DNA of 49,744 nt from IMG/VR virus record IMGVR_UViG_3300021344_000001, positions 1 through 49,744 of that record. One strand, 5' to 3'. The translations under genes and the position numbers were made by a program. The stretch's first letter is position 1; each line of letters starts with the position of its first letter. The stretch comes from a virus (taxonomy: Duplodnaviria; Caudoviricetes). Below the pieces are notes generated by a model. It made no database searches. It was not told the DNA's origin and saw only the letters and a list, made by a program, of their open reading frames with translations. This document shows, piece after piece, positions 16,950 to 26,810 of the stretch.

Positions 16950-17888
16950 ATGCCGATTACGGTAGCCGTCCAAAAACCAGTGGTGCAGTTGCCGCCTACT
17001 GCAATGTCAATGTCCCCCATCTATCTCCCCGCCGATCCCGGCCTTATAAAAGATGCAGATTTCGTATATTTCGCAACGGGGACGAAGGCTGAAGGGTTCT
17101 TCCTAATCGGGGGAACTTTTGTTATCGGGGACACGATCACATACTCAATCAACGGTGTAGTTCGTCCGGCTATTGCGGTGGTTAACAATGACGACGCTCT
17201 GGCAAAGATCGTAGCCGACATCAATGCGAACTCGGTTGCAGAGTTAGTTACTGCTTCGATTGACGGAAACTTGGTCATTATCATTGCGAATACTCCGGGC
17301 GTTGCCGGTAACGCGATCACACTCGCTATTTCTACTACTTCGATCACTGGGGAAGTCGCTCCCTCTGGCGCGACCCTCGTTGGTGGTTCCGCTCTCGGCC
17401 TACCGGGCAGAATCTCCCCGGCTCCTGCGAATGTCGCTGGGGGTCTTGTCGGTGTCGCTCAATGCTCCTCAGAAATGACCTGGCAGGGGAATCCCACGGT
17501 CGGTAAAGCGTACCCGGACTCGGTCTTTGGTCAGTCTAACGTCGGTACCGGAGTGTTCTCAGCGATGCCGGGGCAAATTCCAGTCCTTACCCTTGGGCCT
17601 CCGGTTGTCGTGGTTATGAACCTCACCCCGTCAACCGGATGGCAGGCGGGAGGAACTCAACAAGCGACATACGGTACGCTCGTTGGTCTCGCTATTGATG
17701 CGGCTACTGGGTATTACATCGTTGACCCAACTGCGTCTAATCTTGTAGCAGTCATTCAGGACGTTGATAATAGCGTAAATAACGCTCTTGTTAACAACCA
17801 GTACCAGTTAGACCCGACCGGTATCCTCGGTATCCGGGTCTACGTCTCGTTCCTCGCCAGTGCGCTCGCTATCGTTCAAGGAGTCTAA
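16950..17888 (+). CDS. Putative capsid decoration protein with inserted surface domain
   Basis: Directly upstream of MCP; G/A/V/T-rich; shares an internal domain with 19505..20467. Confidence 0.55.
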   Translation: MPITVAVQKPVVQLPPTAMSMSPIYLPADPGLIKDADFVYFATGTKAEGFFLIGGTFVIGDTITYSINGVVRPAIAVVNNDDALAKIVADINANSVAELVTASIDGNLVIIIANTPGVAGNAITLAISTTSITGEVAPSGATLVGGSALGLPGRISPAPANVAGGLVGVAQCSSEMTWQGNPTVGKAYPDSVFGQSNVGTGVFSAMPGQIPVLTLGPPVVVVMNLTPSTGWQAGGTQQATYGTLVGLAIDAATGYYIVDPTASNLVAVIQDVDNSVNNALVNNQYQLDPTGILGIRVYVSFLASALAIVQGV

Positions 17889-17890
17889 AA

Positions 17891-18847
17891 ATGCCTTCCA
17901 TTCACTTTAGCAATACCTTCAAGGAAGCCGCAACTAAGATCCTTGAAAATGTGTATGTCAAGGAAGGCCTTGAGAATCCTACCTTTTGGAAAGAAATTTT
18001 CAATACCCCGGACTATGATGCTAAGCTTCCTTTCTTCCAGAATCATTCATTGATTCCGTTAGGACTTCTTGCACCTGTCGGTGAAGGCGGCGTGCCGGAT
18101 CTTGACTCGGCAAACCCAGAGTTTACGATGATGTTCACCTGGCAGGACTTCGGTCTTCGCTACGTCATCACTCGTCGGGCAAGCATCGAAGACCCTAAGG
18201 CAATCTTCAACAAGATGCCGCGTATGCTCCGTCGTAGCGTAGATGAAACCCTTGAGTACCTGTTCTGGAACAATTTGAACCTTAGCTTCTTAAGCAAAGC
18301 GCAAGGCGGTTACAACGTCGATGACGGTCTTTCCCTCATCAATGCTGCTCACCCCATCACTGGTATGCCCGGCGTAACGCAGAGCAACTTCCTTGGTAAC
18401 GTGGCTTTCACAGTCGAATCACTCCAAGCGGTTATCACGATGTTCGCCCTTACGAGGGACCCCCGTGGCAAACTGATTCGTTACATTCCGAAGAACATCA
18501 TCTATCCGCCGGGATACCACCAGCAGGTTACCGAAATCCTTCAGACAAATCTGTACCCGTCAACGGATCAAAACCGTATCAACGTCGTTTCACAGCAGAG
18601 AACGAAGCTTGAGCCCGTCGAAGTCCCTTACCTCAACCCGAATCAAGGCGCAGGTCCCTTCCCTTGGTGGGTCGCAACGGGTAAAGGTTCGCTTGAGAAC
18701 TCACACTCCATGTTCGCTGCTGTCAAAGAGAACCGTCAGCGCACCTACGTCGATGTTCAGAGCGAGAACATCTTCCATGAAGCCAGAGTCCGTATCTCAA
18801 ACGGTGTCGATAGCTGGAGAGGAATTGTGGGGTCTCAGGGGGCCTAG
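17891..18847 (+). CDS. Major capsid protein (HK97 fold)
   Basis: 318 aa; VGEGG, FGLRYVITRRASIED, DGLSL...HP, D.RG.LI..PKNIIYPP, N..N, WRGIVGSQGA C-terminus typical of Mu-gpT-like MCPs. Confidence 0.8.
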   Translation: MPSIHFSNTFKEAATKILENVYVKEGLENPTFWKEIFNTPDYDAKLPFFQNHSLIPLGLLAPVGEGGVPDLDSANPEFTMMFTWQDFGLRYVITRRASIEDPKAIFNKMPRMLRRSVDETLEYLFWNNLNLSFLSKAQGGYNVDDGLSLINAAHPITGMPGVTQSNFLGNVAFTVESLQAVITMFALTRDPRGKLIRYIPKNIIYPPGYHQQVTEILQTNLYPSTDQNRINVVSQQRTKLEPVEVPYLNPNQGAGPFPWWVATGKGSLENSHSMFAAVKENRQRTYVDVQSENIFHEARVRISNGVDSWRGIVGSQGA

Positions 18848-18864
18848 CCAAAAATCCAACCCCG

Positions 18865-18873
18865 TGGTATAAT
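18865..18873 (+). promoter_or_regulatory. Extended -10 promoter of endonuclease VII gene
   Basis: TGGTATAAT followed by AAGGAG RBS and ATG 18894. Confidence 0.55.
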
Positions 18874-18893
18874 CGACCTGAGAAGGAGATTAT

Positions 18894-19502
18894 ATGCCGT
18901 TCAAGGATAAAGACAAGACCAACGAGTGCGCCAGAAAGAACTACGCGAAACGAAGAAAACTGTACATAGAAGCTGACCCTGTAGCTTCCGCTAAGATGGA
19001 GGCTCGAAAAGCTCAACAGAAGGCTTATTACGATAAGAATCAGGAAAGACTTCTGAAACTAGGGGCCAAATGGAGAGCAGAACACGCAGGGTATTTCACT
19101 GAACAGAATCACAAGAATGGGCGGTATAGACCCTGGGAAGAGTACCTAAAGGAATGCGAAGAAAAGAATATAGCCCGCTCTAAGTACATGAAGGAATGGA
19201 ATGCTTCCGATAAAGGTCAAAGAACGCGTACAGCTAGATCCCTCAGGAAGAATTTCGATGTCTACGGCCTCACGATAGAACAGTACGAAGAGAAGTGGTT
19301 ACAGCAAGACGGTAAGTGCGAGATATGCAAGAAGGAGTGTCCAGTGTACGGTCAATACAGAATGCACATAGACCACGATCATAAGACCGGAAAAGTTAGG
19401 GGTCTTCTGTGTGCTTCTTGCAACGTAGTGCTAGGACAATCAAAAGACTCAACTGAAGTTCTTGAAAACAGCGCCGCTTATCTAAGAAAGCACGGTAACT
19501 AG
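18894..19502 (+). CDS. Endonuclease VII-family (HNH-type) free-standing endonuclease
   Basis: YGLT..Y...QDGKCEIC..HIDHDHKTGKVRGLLCASCNVVLG..KDS..L..A.AYL. Confidence 0.9.
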   Translation: MPFKDKDKTNECARKNYAKRRKLYIEADPVASAKMEARKAQQKAYYDKNQERLLKLGAKWRAEHAGYFTEQNHKNGRYRPWEEYLKECEEKNIARSKYMKEWNASDKGQRTRTARSLRKNFDVYGLTIEQYEEKWLQQDGKCEICKKECPVYGQYRMHIDHDHKTGKVRGLLCASCNVVLGQSKDSTEVLENSAAYLRKHGN

Positions 19503-19504
19503 AA

Positions 19505-20467
19505 ATGAGCATTCAGATAAGAGCAAAGGAGTGCAACCCGCAGGCACTTCTTTATGGCGCATGGGACTCTCTCCAGTTTCAGCCGATGATCGTTCCTGCT
19601 GCTGTACAAACTTCAGATGTTGTTCAAGGGATCATACCCCTTGGGCTCAACTTCAAGATCACGCACATCTCCTACGTTATGAGCAACTGGGAGGTTGTTC
19701 CTCCTGCCGCCCCTACTGGCGGAAACTTTGTGGCGGGTAAGTTAGCTCTGAACGTCGTTTCTGGTGTTGCAGCGTACGAGGGAGCTGGAGCAGCTTCATC
19801 CTATGCGTATTTGACCCTCGGCGGAACTTTCCTAGTAGGCGACAAGATCACCATCACGATCGCTGGCGTCCCGTACGTCTACACGGTCTCAGGGCGTGCT
19901 GCTGTCGATCTTACGCACGTTGGAGCGCATCTCGCGGAGTCCCTTAACCTCCAGGCTATGATGGGCGTCAACCCTGCCTTTAACACCCTGTACCGGGCGA
20001 ACTCCCTGGGCGTAGAAGTGGTCATTCAAACCCTGGCCTATGACGTCGCTACTCCGGCGTTCGTTGTCTCAACAAACAGCGTAGCGGGTACGGTACTCGC
20101 GAGTGGTGCTGCGATGGTCGCAGGCGTTGCTGGAGCGAAACCGCTCTCTCCTCCCTTGGACACGACGAATCAAGGCATCACTCCTTCACTTACAGCAGTT
20201 CCAGGAGATGCGCTGTTCCCGGAGGACATCGTTCTCCCTCTATTTGACGCCGGTCAGGCCGATGTCGTTGGTGAAGTGTATGCGCTCGAAAGCTTCGACG
20301 CCTTTTGGCCGACTGGTACGGAGCTAACCCTCCGCATCACTGCTGACGGTGTGGTTGCAGGCGGTTTAAGCGTGATTCTCTGGGGTGTCCCAATGGATCT
20401 TCACTACTACCTCCCAGGGAGTTCTTCGACCGGAATAGGCTTCCACATCTCCAATGAGCTGCTCTAA
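19505..20467 (+). CDS. Virion structural protein
   Basis: In morphogenesis operon; shares GGTF..GD.IT..I.GV domain with 16950..17888. Confidence 0.6.
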   Translation: MSIQIRAKECNPQALLYGAWDSLQFQPMIVPAAVQTSDVVQGIIPLGLNFKITHISYVMSNWEVVPPAAPTGGNFVAGKLALNVVSGVAAYEGAGAASSYAYLTLGGTFLVGDKITITIAGVPYVYTVSGRAAVDLTHVGAHLAESLNLQAMMGVNPAFNTLYRANSLGVEVVIQTLAYDVATPAFVVSTNSVAGTVLASGAAMVAGVAGAKPLSPPLDTTNQGITPSLTAVPGDALFPEDIVLPLFDAGQADVVGEVYALESFDAFWPTGTELTLRITADGVVAGGLSVILWGVPMDLHYYLPGSSSTGIGFHISNELL

Positions 20468-20904
20468 TGGGAAGCAGCATAACCAGTGTAGGAAGCGCGG
20501 GCGGAAAGCCCGTCTTCACATTTACGGCGTCCGGTCAAGATACCGGCGTATTGCCGCTGATGAAGGAATGCTCTCGGTGGACGAAGTGGATGTTTCAAGT
20601 AGTGGGGGCAGGACTGGGATATACGGTGACATTGTACGGTACAATTGATACCGTTACGGCATATCAGGACTTCCCGCTAGATCAGCAGCCGGTGAATAAT
20701 TACGGATCTACGGGCAATGAGTGGTTCCCTCTCCCTGCTCCTTCCGTTGAGGCCGGGTTCCAGTGGACTAATCCCTTGACGAAGGGAAACGCTCTCTACA
20801 CTACCGCTCCTCTCGTCGCAGTACGTGCGGTAAGCTCGACAACTATCGGGTTTCCTGGAGTCACTGGTGAAGTTACTCTCCTAGCGTTCGTTTTGCCAGG
20901 GTGA
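20467..20904 (+). CDS. Small beta-rich virion protein
   Basis: TAATG coupling; TVTLYGTID..WFPL..AVRAV pattern. Confidence 0.6.
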   Translation: MGSSITSVGSAGGKPVFTFTASGQDTGVLPLMKECSRWTKWMFQVVGAGLGYTVTLYGTIDTVTAYQDFPLDQQPVNNYGSTGNEWFPLPAPSVEAGFQWTNPLTKGNALYTTAPLVAVRAVSSTTIGFPGVTGEVTLLAFVLPG

Positions 20905-20907
20905 TGT

Positions 20908-21579
20908 ATGGCTAAAAATTGGATGGAAGCGGCTGCTCAAAGAGAAGGTAAAGGCAACAAGGCTAAAACGAAGTCTGCTTTTTATCGTCTCCAGAGAGAG
21001 CACGCTGAAGAGAGTGGCGACCAAAAAACAACTGATAAAATTTACGGTAAACTCGGTAAGAAGTCGCATAACGTAGACTCTAGCCGTGGAGACAAGGCCA
21101 TTCTCGGCGCTGCACCTTTCCTTCCTGAAGCTGCTGCTGGCCTAGGAGAAATGGCCGCTGCAAGAGCTGCTGGTGGAGCAGCCCGTAAGGTAGGCTCATC
21201 GCTTGCCAAACGTAGTGAAGGAGCTATCGAAGGAGCCTCTCAGCGTCTAAAAACTCCGGTTCCCGTTAAGAAAGCCCTAGAATCTAAGTTGCGTCTATCG
21301 TCTGGGTCTACTCAACAGGCAGGCAGAGCAATGTCTGCAAGTGGTCCGAAAGCGGTAACAGGCAAGCCTCCTAAGAGACTCGATAATATCGGCAAGCCAA
21401 AGCCTAAGGCTCTCGGATCTAGTGGTCATAGTGAGTTTGAAGCCGAATTCTCGAAGATGTCTAAAAAGAGTATGCCGAAAAGCCCTAAGACTTTCAATCG
21501 GGACGGGTCGAAGAGAGCAGAAGGTCGTCAGAAGTCAGAACGTAACCCGGTATCGAAGAGAAAAAAGAAGGGTGAATAA
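20908..21579 (+). CDS. Basic low-complexity protein (possible internal/DNA-binding virion protein)
   Basis: K/R/A/S-rich, 223 aa. Confidence 0.55.
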   Translation: MAKNWMEAAAQREGKGNKAKTKSAFYRLQREHAEESGDQKTTDKIYGKLGKKSHNVDSSRGDKAILGAAPFLPEAAAGLGEMAAARAAGGAARKVGSSLAKRSEGAIEGASQRLKTPVPVKKALESKLRLSSGSTQQAGRAMSASGPKAVTGKPPKRLDNIGKPKPKALGSSGHSEFEAEFSKMSKKSMPKSPKTFNRDGSKRAEGRQKSERNPVSKRKKKGE

Positions 21580-21581
21580 AA

Positions 21582-22367
21582 TTGAACGCGGGAACGGTAA
21601 TCAATGATTGGCGTCGTAACGTAAATGAACCCGGCACCAACAGGTTCACGGTCTCTGACTCTATCGATTTACTGAACAAGGCTCAAATTCAAACTGCGCT
21701 AGATCTTCCCTACACTGAAGGCACGAACACGTTCCCCACTATTGCGAATCAGCAAGAATACGCGATGATCGAAAACATACGTGTTCTTCGTGTTTACATG
21801 CTTGGTCCGAACGGTGCGAAGCAGCTCCTTGAACCTACAGATATTCCTACGATGGAAGGCGAAAATCAGAATGTCTTCGACGCTTCCTCAGATTTTATTT
21901 TAGGACAGCCTCCTCTCACACCCCAATGGATAGCACAAAAACCTGTAACTTACCCTTATCGCTCGCCCCAACACCAGGGTCAGGGGCACCCTGCGTCAAT
22001 GTGGAACTGGAGTAATCCTCCGAGATGGTATCGCAGATATGGTAACATTGGCTTCGTACCTCCTCCTAACGCTGTTTTCACTGTCTGTATGGACTTTATC
22101 CCTAACCCTCCTATCGTCGTTACTACATCGGATCTTTTAGAGTTTCCTGAGATGTACCGAGATGCTCTGGTCTATAAAATGTCAGAGTATTCACGCCAGG
22201 CAGACGGTTCACAGGATAGCATGAAGAACGCTCAACTCTATCAGGCTCAAATAAAGAAATTGCAGACGAACGTGAATAAGTTTCAAGCGACGAAGTCTCT
22301 CAATTTCGTACCTTGGGTTCGTAGATGCCGGAGCAATAACCGTGGTCGTGGATGGTGGGGGTTCTAA
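21582..22367 (+). CDS. Head-to-tail adaptor protein
   Basis: Helical N-terminus DLLNKAQ, TIANQQEY, P.WY..IGFVPPP, FPEMYRDALVY pattern of podovirus adaptors. Confidence 0.7.
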   Translation: MNAGTVINDWRRNVNEPGTNRFTVSDSIDLLNKAQIQTALDLPYTEGTNTFPTIANQQEYAMIENIRVLRVYMLGPNGAKQLLEPTDIPTMEGENQNVFDASSDFILGQPPLTPQWIAQKPVTYPYRSPQHQGQGHPASMWNWSNPPRWYRRYGNIGFVPPPNAVFTVCMDFIPNPPIVVTTSDLLEFPEMYRDALVYKMSEYSRQADGSQDSMKNAQLYQAQIKKLQTNVNKFQATKSLNFVPWVRRCRSNNRGRGWWGF

Positions 22368-23782
22368 TGGCTGAGTCGATATTTCCTTTCCTCCCGAACG
22401 GAGCCTCTGCGCCTCCTCAAACATTCCCTTATGATGTCGTTATAAGCGACGCGTTTCCAGGCATACAGTTCATTCCGCTCGAACCGAATGGCGAGTACCA
22501 GGAGATTCGAGAAGTCTCGGGCAACCTCTGGCTCGTTACGAACGCGATGTGGAACGCAAACCTCTTGCAGTGGGACCAAGAGTCTCTTCAGAATACTGGC
22601 CTGCCTGCCTATGCTCTTGAACTAGGAGCGGATGGTTCAATGACTCGATGGGAGTCCCCTCCGACCAATATACCGCTTACGCCCATCACATGGACTCGCT
22701 TATTTCAAGTGGATAACAAGGGACAGGTCATTAGCGTGCCTTTGACTGTTCTGACCGCGAACCAAGCATCACAACAGATTTTCGTTGTGTGGGACCCAGG
22801 TATCGGTACTCAAGTCGAGGGTAGGCTGCTCCAAGTTACTGACGTAGCGTCGGCGTCAAATTCCTTACTTGATAACTTGGTAGTGAATGGTAACTCCAAG
22901 TGGGCTGTCGATAAGAGCGGTACTCTTGTAACAGGCATTATACCTGTAGCACGTATAACAGGTCTGGTGCCCTTCCCTGGATTCAATAACGCTACATTTA
23001 CCGGCACAACGACGTTCAACGGCCCTGTTGTCGATAATAGTACGTTGGACGTTTTTGGTGCTGCAACCTTCCATAGTTCGCTAACGGCGGATTCTACATT
23101 CTTTGCTGTAGGCCTTGCAACACTAAATAGTCATGCAAATGTCAACAGTGGACTAACAGTCACCGGCGGAGAGTCTGTAACGGGCGGTCTAACTACTGAC
23201 ACGCTTCATGTTACCGGAATATCTACGTTAGACGGGGCAGTGACAGCAAATAATACCTTAGCCGTGGTTGGGCATACTCAGTTAGCTAACGTCACGTTAA
23301 ATGCGGGAGACGTTATATCAGTAAATGGCACTACTCCAGTGGTTCTTCTAGAATCAACTAACGGCAGTATAGGCGTATCTCAGGTAAGTAATCATGAATA
23401 TGACTTAAGTGTCCTAACCGCTCCTATTGCCCCCGGCTCTTCCTACGTCAATACTGCTTTTTTCCCTCTAGGGTCTACTAACGGTACTATCTCTCTTGGA
23501 CCGCTACCGGGCACTGCCGCCAACACGTTCCGAATAATTTATTGGGGGGCGTTGCAGTTCCAAAATGCTTCCAGAGAGCTAACAGTCACTGGCGTTGTAT
23601 CCGCCGGTATAACATGGGACGTCGCTTCTCAGCAGTATGAAAACTCTAATTCAGGTACGTTCCCATTCATGTATTTCGGTACTGCGGAAGGTGGCACTAC
23701 TCCCACAATAAACTGGACTTGCAATGACGTTATTGCATTTACTCCTATGTTCACTACGATCATGGCAAGTATCCAACTCTAA
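22367..23782 (+). CDS. Tail fibre/spike-like protein (no signal peptide)
   Basis: TAATG-coupled start; TL.V.GA.T repeats typical of beta-stranded fibres; single Cys. Confidence 0.65.
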   Translation: MAESIFPFLPNGASAPPQTFPYDVVISDAFPGIQFIPLEPNGEYQEIREVSGNLWLVTNAMWNANLLQWDQESLQNTGLPAYALELGADGSMTRWESPPTNIPLTPITWTRLFQVDNKGQVISVPLTVLTANQASQQIFVVWDPGIGTQVEGRLLQVTDVASASNSLLDNLVVNGNSKWAVDKSGTLVTGIIPVARITGLVPFPGFNNATFTGTTTFNGPVVDNSTLDVFGAATFHSSLTADSTFFAVGLATLNSHANVNSGLTVTGGESVTGGLTTDTLHVTGISTLDGAVTANNTLAVVGHTQLANVTLNAGDVISVNGTTPVVLLESTNGSIGVSQVSNHEYDLSVLTAPIAPGSSYVNTAFFPLGSTNGTISLGPLPGTAANTFRIIYWGALQFQNASRELTVTGVVSAGITWDVASQQYENSNSGTFPFMYFGTAEGGTTPTINWTCNDVIAFTPMFTTIMASIQL

Positions 23783-25587
23783 TGGCAGTTCCATTAGAAG
23801 TCGAGGGAGATAATGTCCAGACAATTTTGCAGCTCGGTCCTGTTATGGGCATTGACGATACCACTGCTCCTTTTCGTCTCAGTCCGACTAACATCGTGGA
23901 TGCAACAAACGTTACCCCAAACAACACTTATGGGTCATACGTCACAGCCCTCGGGCGGTCATCTGTGGGTACTTTACCAGGACCTATAAACGGATTCACG
24001 AAGTTTATCCGTCCTGGGTTCGTAGACACGTACATTTTCGCAGTAGACTTCGGCGGAGTGGGTAACTTATACCAAGGGCCTCTCTTGGGGCCTTACACCC
24101 CCCTGGCCCTGCCCGAGGTCTTAACCCCCGGACTCAACACCCAATTTGTGTTTTCGTTGAAATGGTGCTTCGTCAATAACAGCGTCGATCGTCCCTTGAA
24201 GATTGACCTTAACCTCGTGGTTACGTTCTGGGGCATTGAAGCACCTCCTACCGCGCCTATCCTCACAGCAAGCGGCCCTGGCGGCCAAGACGGGACGTAT
24301 TACTACTGCATCACGTTCGGTAATGCGGTTCAGGAGAGTTCACAGGGTGTAGTGTCCCTGCCGATCACCGTTGTTTTTCAAGGGATCACTTTATCTGCCA
24401 TCCCGGTGTCTCCTGACCCTCAGGTCACGCAGAGAAATATCTACCGTTTGAGTATCGGAGCACTTAATCAGTTCTACCTGATACATACGATACCTGACAA
24501 CGTGACAACGACGTACCACGACACCCTAGCCGACTCCGATGTGGTAGGGCAGCTCCTTACAGTGAACCGAGACGTGCCCTTCCCGTTCGATTTCATTTGC
24601 ACGCACCAGGAGCGCATTTGGGGATGGGGCACGCCTACAGACCCCTCCCTGGTCTACTACTCAAATCTGAACGAGCCCTGGGGGTTCAACCTCGTTACGG
24701 GGTTCTTGCCGGTAGGCGAGAACTCGTTTAATGACGCTGCTAACGGTATGACGAGCCAAGGAGGCGCTCTCCTGCTCAATAAGGACAGATCACTCTATGC
24801 CGTATATGGCTCAACTAACGCTGATTTCATTGCTGTCAAGATATCTGACACCGGATGTCGCTCGGGTTTATCTGTTGCGACTCTTGACGGACTATCGGGT
24901 TGGATAAACAAGAGAGGAGTATGGTTCTGCGAAGGCCAGACTCCCAAGAATATGTCCGATGGACAGTACCAGACGTCAAATATCAAGACATTCATCAACT
25001 CGTTGTTAGATATTGACCTCGATACAGCCGTAGGTTTTTGGTACGACCGCATGTATCATATCTGCTTTCCGAGACTGAACATCACATATTTCTTTGATCT
25101 CCGGTCACAATCATGGTGGAAGCTCGGGTGGGCTACCGATCACGTTTACACGGACGCTGAATCTCAGCAGAACGTGCTCGCTAACGACCTTCAACACATA
25201 GGGCAGTTCGACCAATGGTTCACCGGCGGTACAGACCTTGGGAGCCCGATCTACTCCTCCATACTGTCCCGCATCACAGACGCCGGGGACTCGTCATCGG
25301 ACAAGATCTTCCGTTATGGGGAGGTGGTCGCACCTCCTCAAGTGGGGTTCGCGTACCTCACCTGCATCGCTAACCCCGGAAACCAACAGTACACGGACTT
25401 GGTGACGTTCGATCTAAATAACAGCTTCAATGGGGTTCGGCATCAGGAGAGTTGGTCAAGGCCTATGCGTGGGTCCGAGGTTCAGTTCCTCTTGCAGACA
25501 CAATCTTCTGTGCAGTTGGAAGTTCAGCAGGTCTCTATTTACGGGTTCATCGACCGTAAACTCATTCAAGTCTCCGGTACGCTCTAG
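23782..25587 (+). CDS. Tail nozzle/stabilisation protein (P22 gp10/tail tubular B-like)
   Basis: 601-aa beta-propeller-like; HQERIW.W, VYYSNLNEP, GC.SG.SVA; inserted GTYYYCITF..RNIYR..YHDT module. Confidence 0.7.
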   Translation: MAVPLEVEGDNVQTILQLGPVMGIDDTTAPFRLSPTNIVDATNVTPNNTYGSYVTALGRSSVGTLPGPINGFTKFIRPGFVDTYIFAVDFGGVGNLYQGPLLGPYTPLALPEVLTPGLNTQFVFSLKWCFVNNSVDRPLKIDLNLVVTFWGIEAPPTAPILTASGPGGQDGTYYYCITFGNAVQESSQGVVSLPITVVFQGITLSAIPVSPDPQVTQRNIYRLSIGALNQFYLIHTIPDNVTTTYHDTLADSDVVGQLLTVNRDVPFPFDFICTHQERIWGWGTPTDPSLVYYSNLNEPWGFNLVTGFLPVGENSFNDAANGMTSQGGALLLNKDRSLYAVYGSTNADFIAVKISDTGCRSGLSVATLDGLSGWINKRGVWFCEGQTPKNMSDGQYQTSNIKTFINSLLDIDLDTAVGFWYDRMYHICFPRLNITYFFDLRSQSWWKLGWATDHVYTDAESQQNVLANDLQHIGQFDQWFTGGTDLGSPIYSSILSRITDAGDSSSDKIFRYGEVVAPPQVGFAYLTCIANPGNQQYTDLVTFDLNNSFNGVRHQESWSRPMRGSEVQFLLQTQSSVQLEVQQVSIYGFIDRKLIQVSGTL

Positions 25588-26045
25588 TGGCGATCCCTCC
25601 GCAGAACAATCAGGGCGTAACCCGCTCTGTCGGTACGTTCTCTACGGGCAAGGGTTACGACGTACTCAAGGGACTCACGAATATCGCGAAGTCCAACAGC
25701 CCTGTATTGAACCCTCCGATTCTCCTCGGGTCGGACTCTGCTCAGATCGACCTTGTTAAGAATCCCTCGAACCTCCTGTCCTTCCCGAATCTCGTTCATC
25801 GCACCAATCAGGCGAACACCCTGGTCAATCTCTCCGCGCAGGGGGCGTTCCTCACGGTACCCCCCGGAGCGACCCTACAATACATTTTAAGCGGTGTTCC
25901 TGCCTCACCAGTGGTCATTACATCTCGGAACATACGGATAGGCGGGGGCACCCTTGGAGCGGGCACCTACCGCCTCTTTTTGGCCCAAGTCGATCCTCTC
26001 ATTACTTCGGGCATAGTCTACGCACAATTATACTACCAGTCTTGA
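25587..26045 (+). CDS. Tail-associated hypothetical protein
   Basis: GTG overlapping upstream stop. Confidence 0.55.
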   Translation: MAIPPQNNQGVTRSVGTFSTGKGYDVLKGLTNIAKSNSPVLNPPILLGSDSAQIDLVKNPSNLLSFPNLVHRTNQANTLVNLSAQGAFLTVPPGATLQYILSGVPASPVVITSRNIRIGGGTLGAGTYRLFLAQVDPLITSGIVYAQLYYQS

Positions 26046-26050
26046 CATTG

Positions 26051-26059
26051 TGGTAAAAT
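26051..26059 (+). promoter_or_regulatory. Putative extended -10 (possibly leaderless) promoter
   Basis: TGGTAAAAT 6 nt before ATG 26066, no SD between. Confidence 0.4.
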
Positions 26060-26065
26060 GGGCGT

Positions 26066-26248
26066 ATGAAGTCCGTATATCCGAAGCTTAACAAGGTCAT
26101 GTCGGCCTATGCATTTCCTAAAATTGAGACTCCTTACACGAAGACGGTGAAGGGGTACCAGTTTCAGGGACACTACGGCAATAAGGGTAAGTTTTACGGA
26201 CGATACGCCTCGAAGATCAACCCATTCAAAGGTGGAGACAAGAAGTGA
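26066..26248 (+). CDS. Small basic protein (60 aa)
   Basis: K/Y/G-rich ORF after promoter motif. Confidence 0.5.
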   Translation: MKSVYPKLNKVMSAYAFPKIETPYTKTVKGYQFQGHYGNKGKFYGRYASKINPFKGGDKK

Positions 26249-26299
26249 TTCCCACTCCTAAGCAAGGCCAACTAAGCTTCTACGAAAGAGAGAAACCTC

Positions 26300-26467
26300 A
26301 TGCCAAGCGGAAACGGAAGCGCAAAAAAGAAGTCCTCCAAAAAAGCACCGGCTAAGAAAGCTCCTGCACAGGAGAGCATGGGACAAAGAGTTTCTGAAGG
26401 TTTTGACAACTTTCGGCGTAAAGTGTCCCCAATCTATAATTTAACCAATCCTAAGAAAAAGGCTTAG
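26300..26467 (+). CDS. Lys/Ala-rich microprotein (55 aa)
   Basis: MPSGNGSAKKKSSKKAPAKKAPA..., histone H1-like PAKK units. Confidence 0.5.
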   Translation: MPSGNGSAKKKSSKKAPAKKAPAQESMGQRVSEGFDNFRRKVSPIYNLTNPKKKA

Positions 26468-26477
26468 GGGATGGGTT

Positions 26478-26810
26478 ATGTCGGGAATGATGCCGGGACC
26501 TCAAATGGGACAGCAGGGTCAGCCCCAAGGTGGACAACCTGCAAATGTTGCCCCAGAGCAGTTAATGGCTCTCTTATCCTTCCTGCAGCGGCTTGGTCCG
26601 AACTTGCAGCAGGGGCAAGTCGCTCCGGCGGGTGGTTCGGAAGTAGGGCAAGGGAGTCTTATGCAGCTCATGCCGATGCTTCTGAAATTGTTGTCTGCGA
26701 ACCCTCAGCAAGCACAACAGCAACAGGGACAACAGCAGCAAGCGCAACAGGCTCAGGAGCCACCTCAGATTCTCCAAATGTTGGCTAAAATGGGGTTGAC
26801 AGTGAAATGA
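26478..26810 (+). CDS. Gln/Met-rich protein, possible internal virion protein
   Basis: Low-complexity Q/G/M composition; stop overlaps next ATG. Confidence 0.55.
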   Translation: MSGMMPGPQMGQQGQPQGGQPANVAPEQLMALLSFLQRLGPNLQQGQVAPAGGSEVGQGSLMQLMPMLLKLLSANPQQAQQQQGQQQQAQQAQEPPQILQMLAKMGLTVK

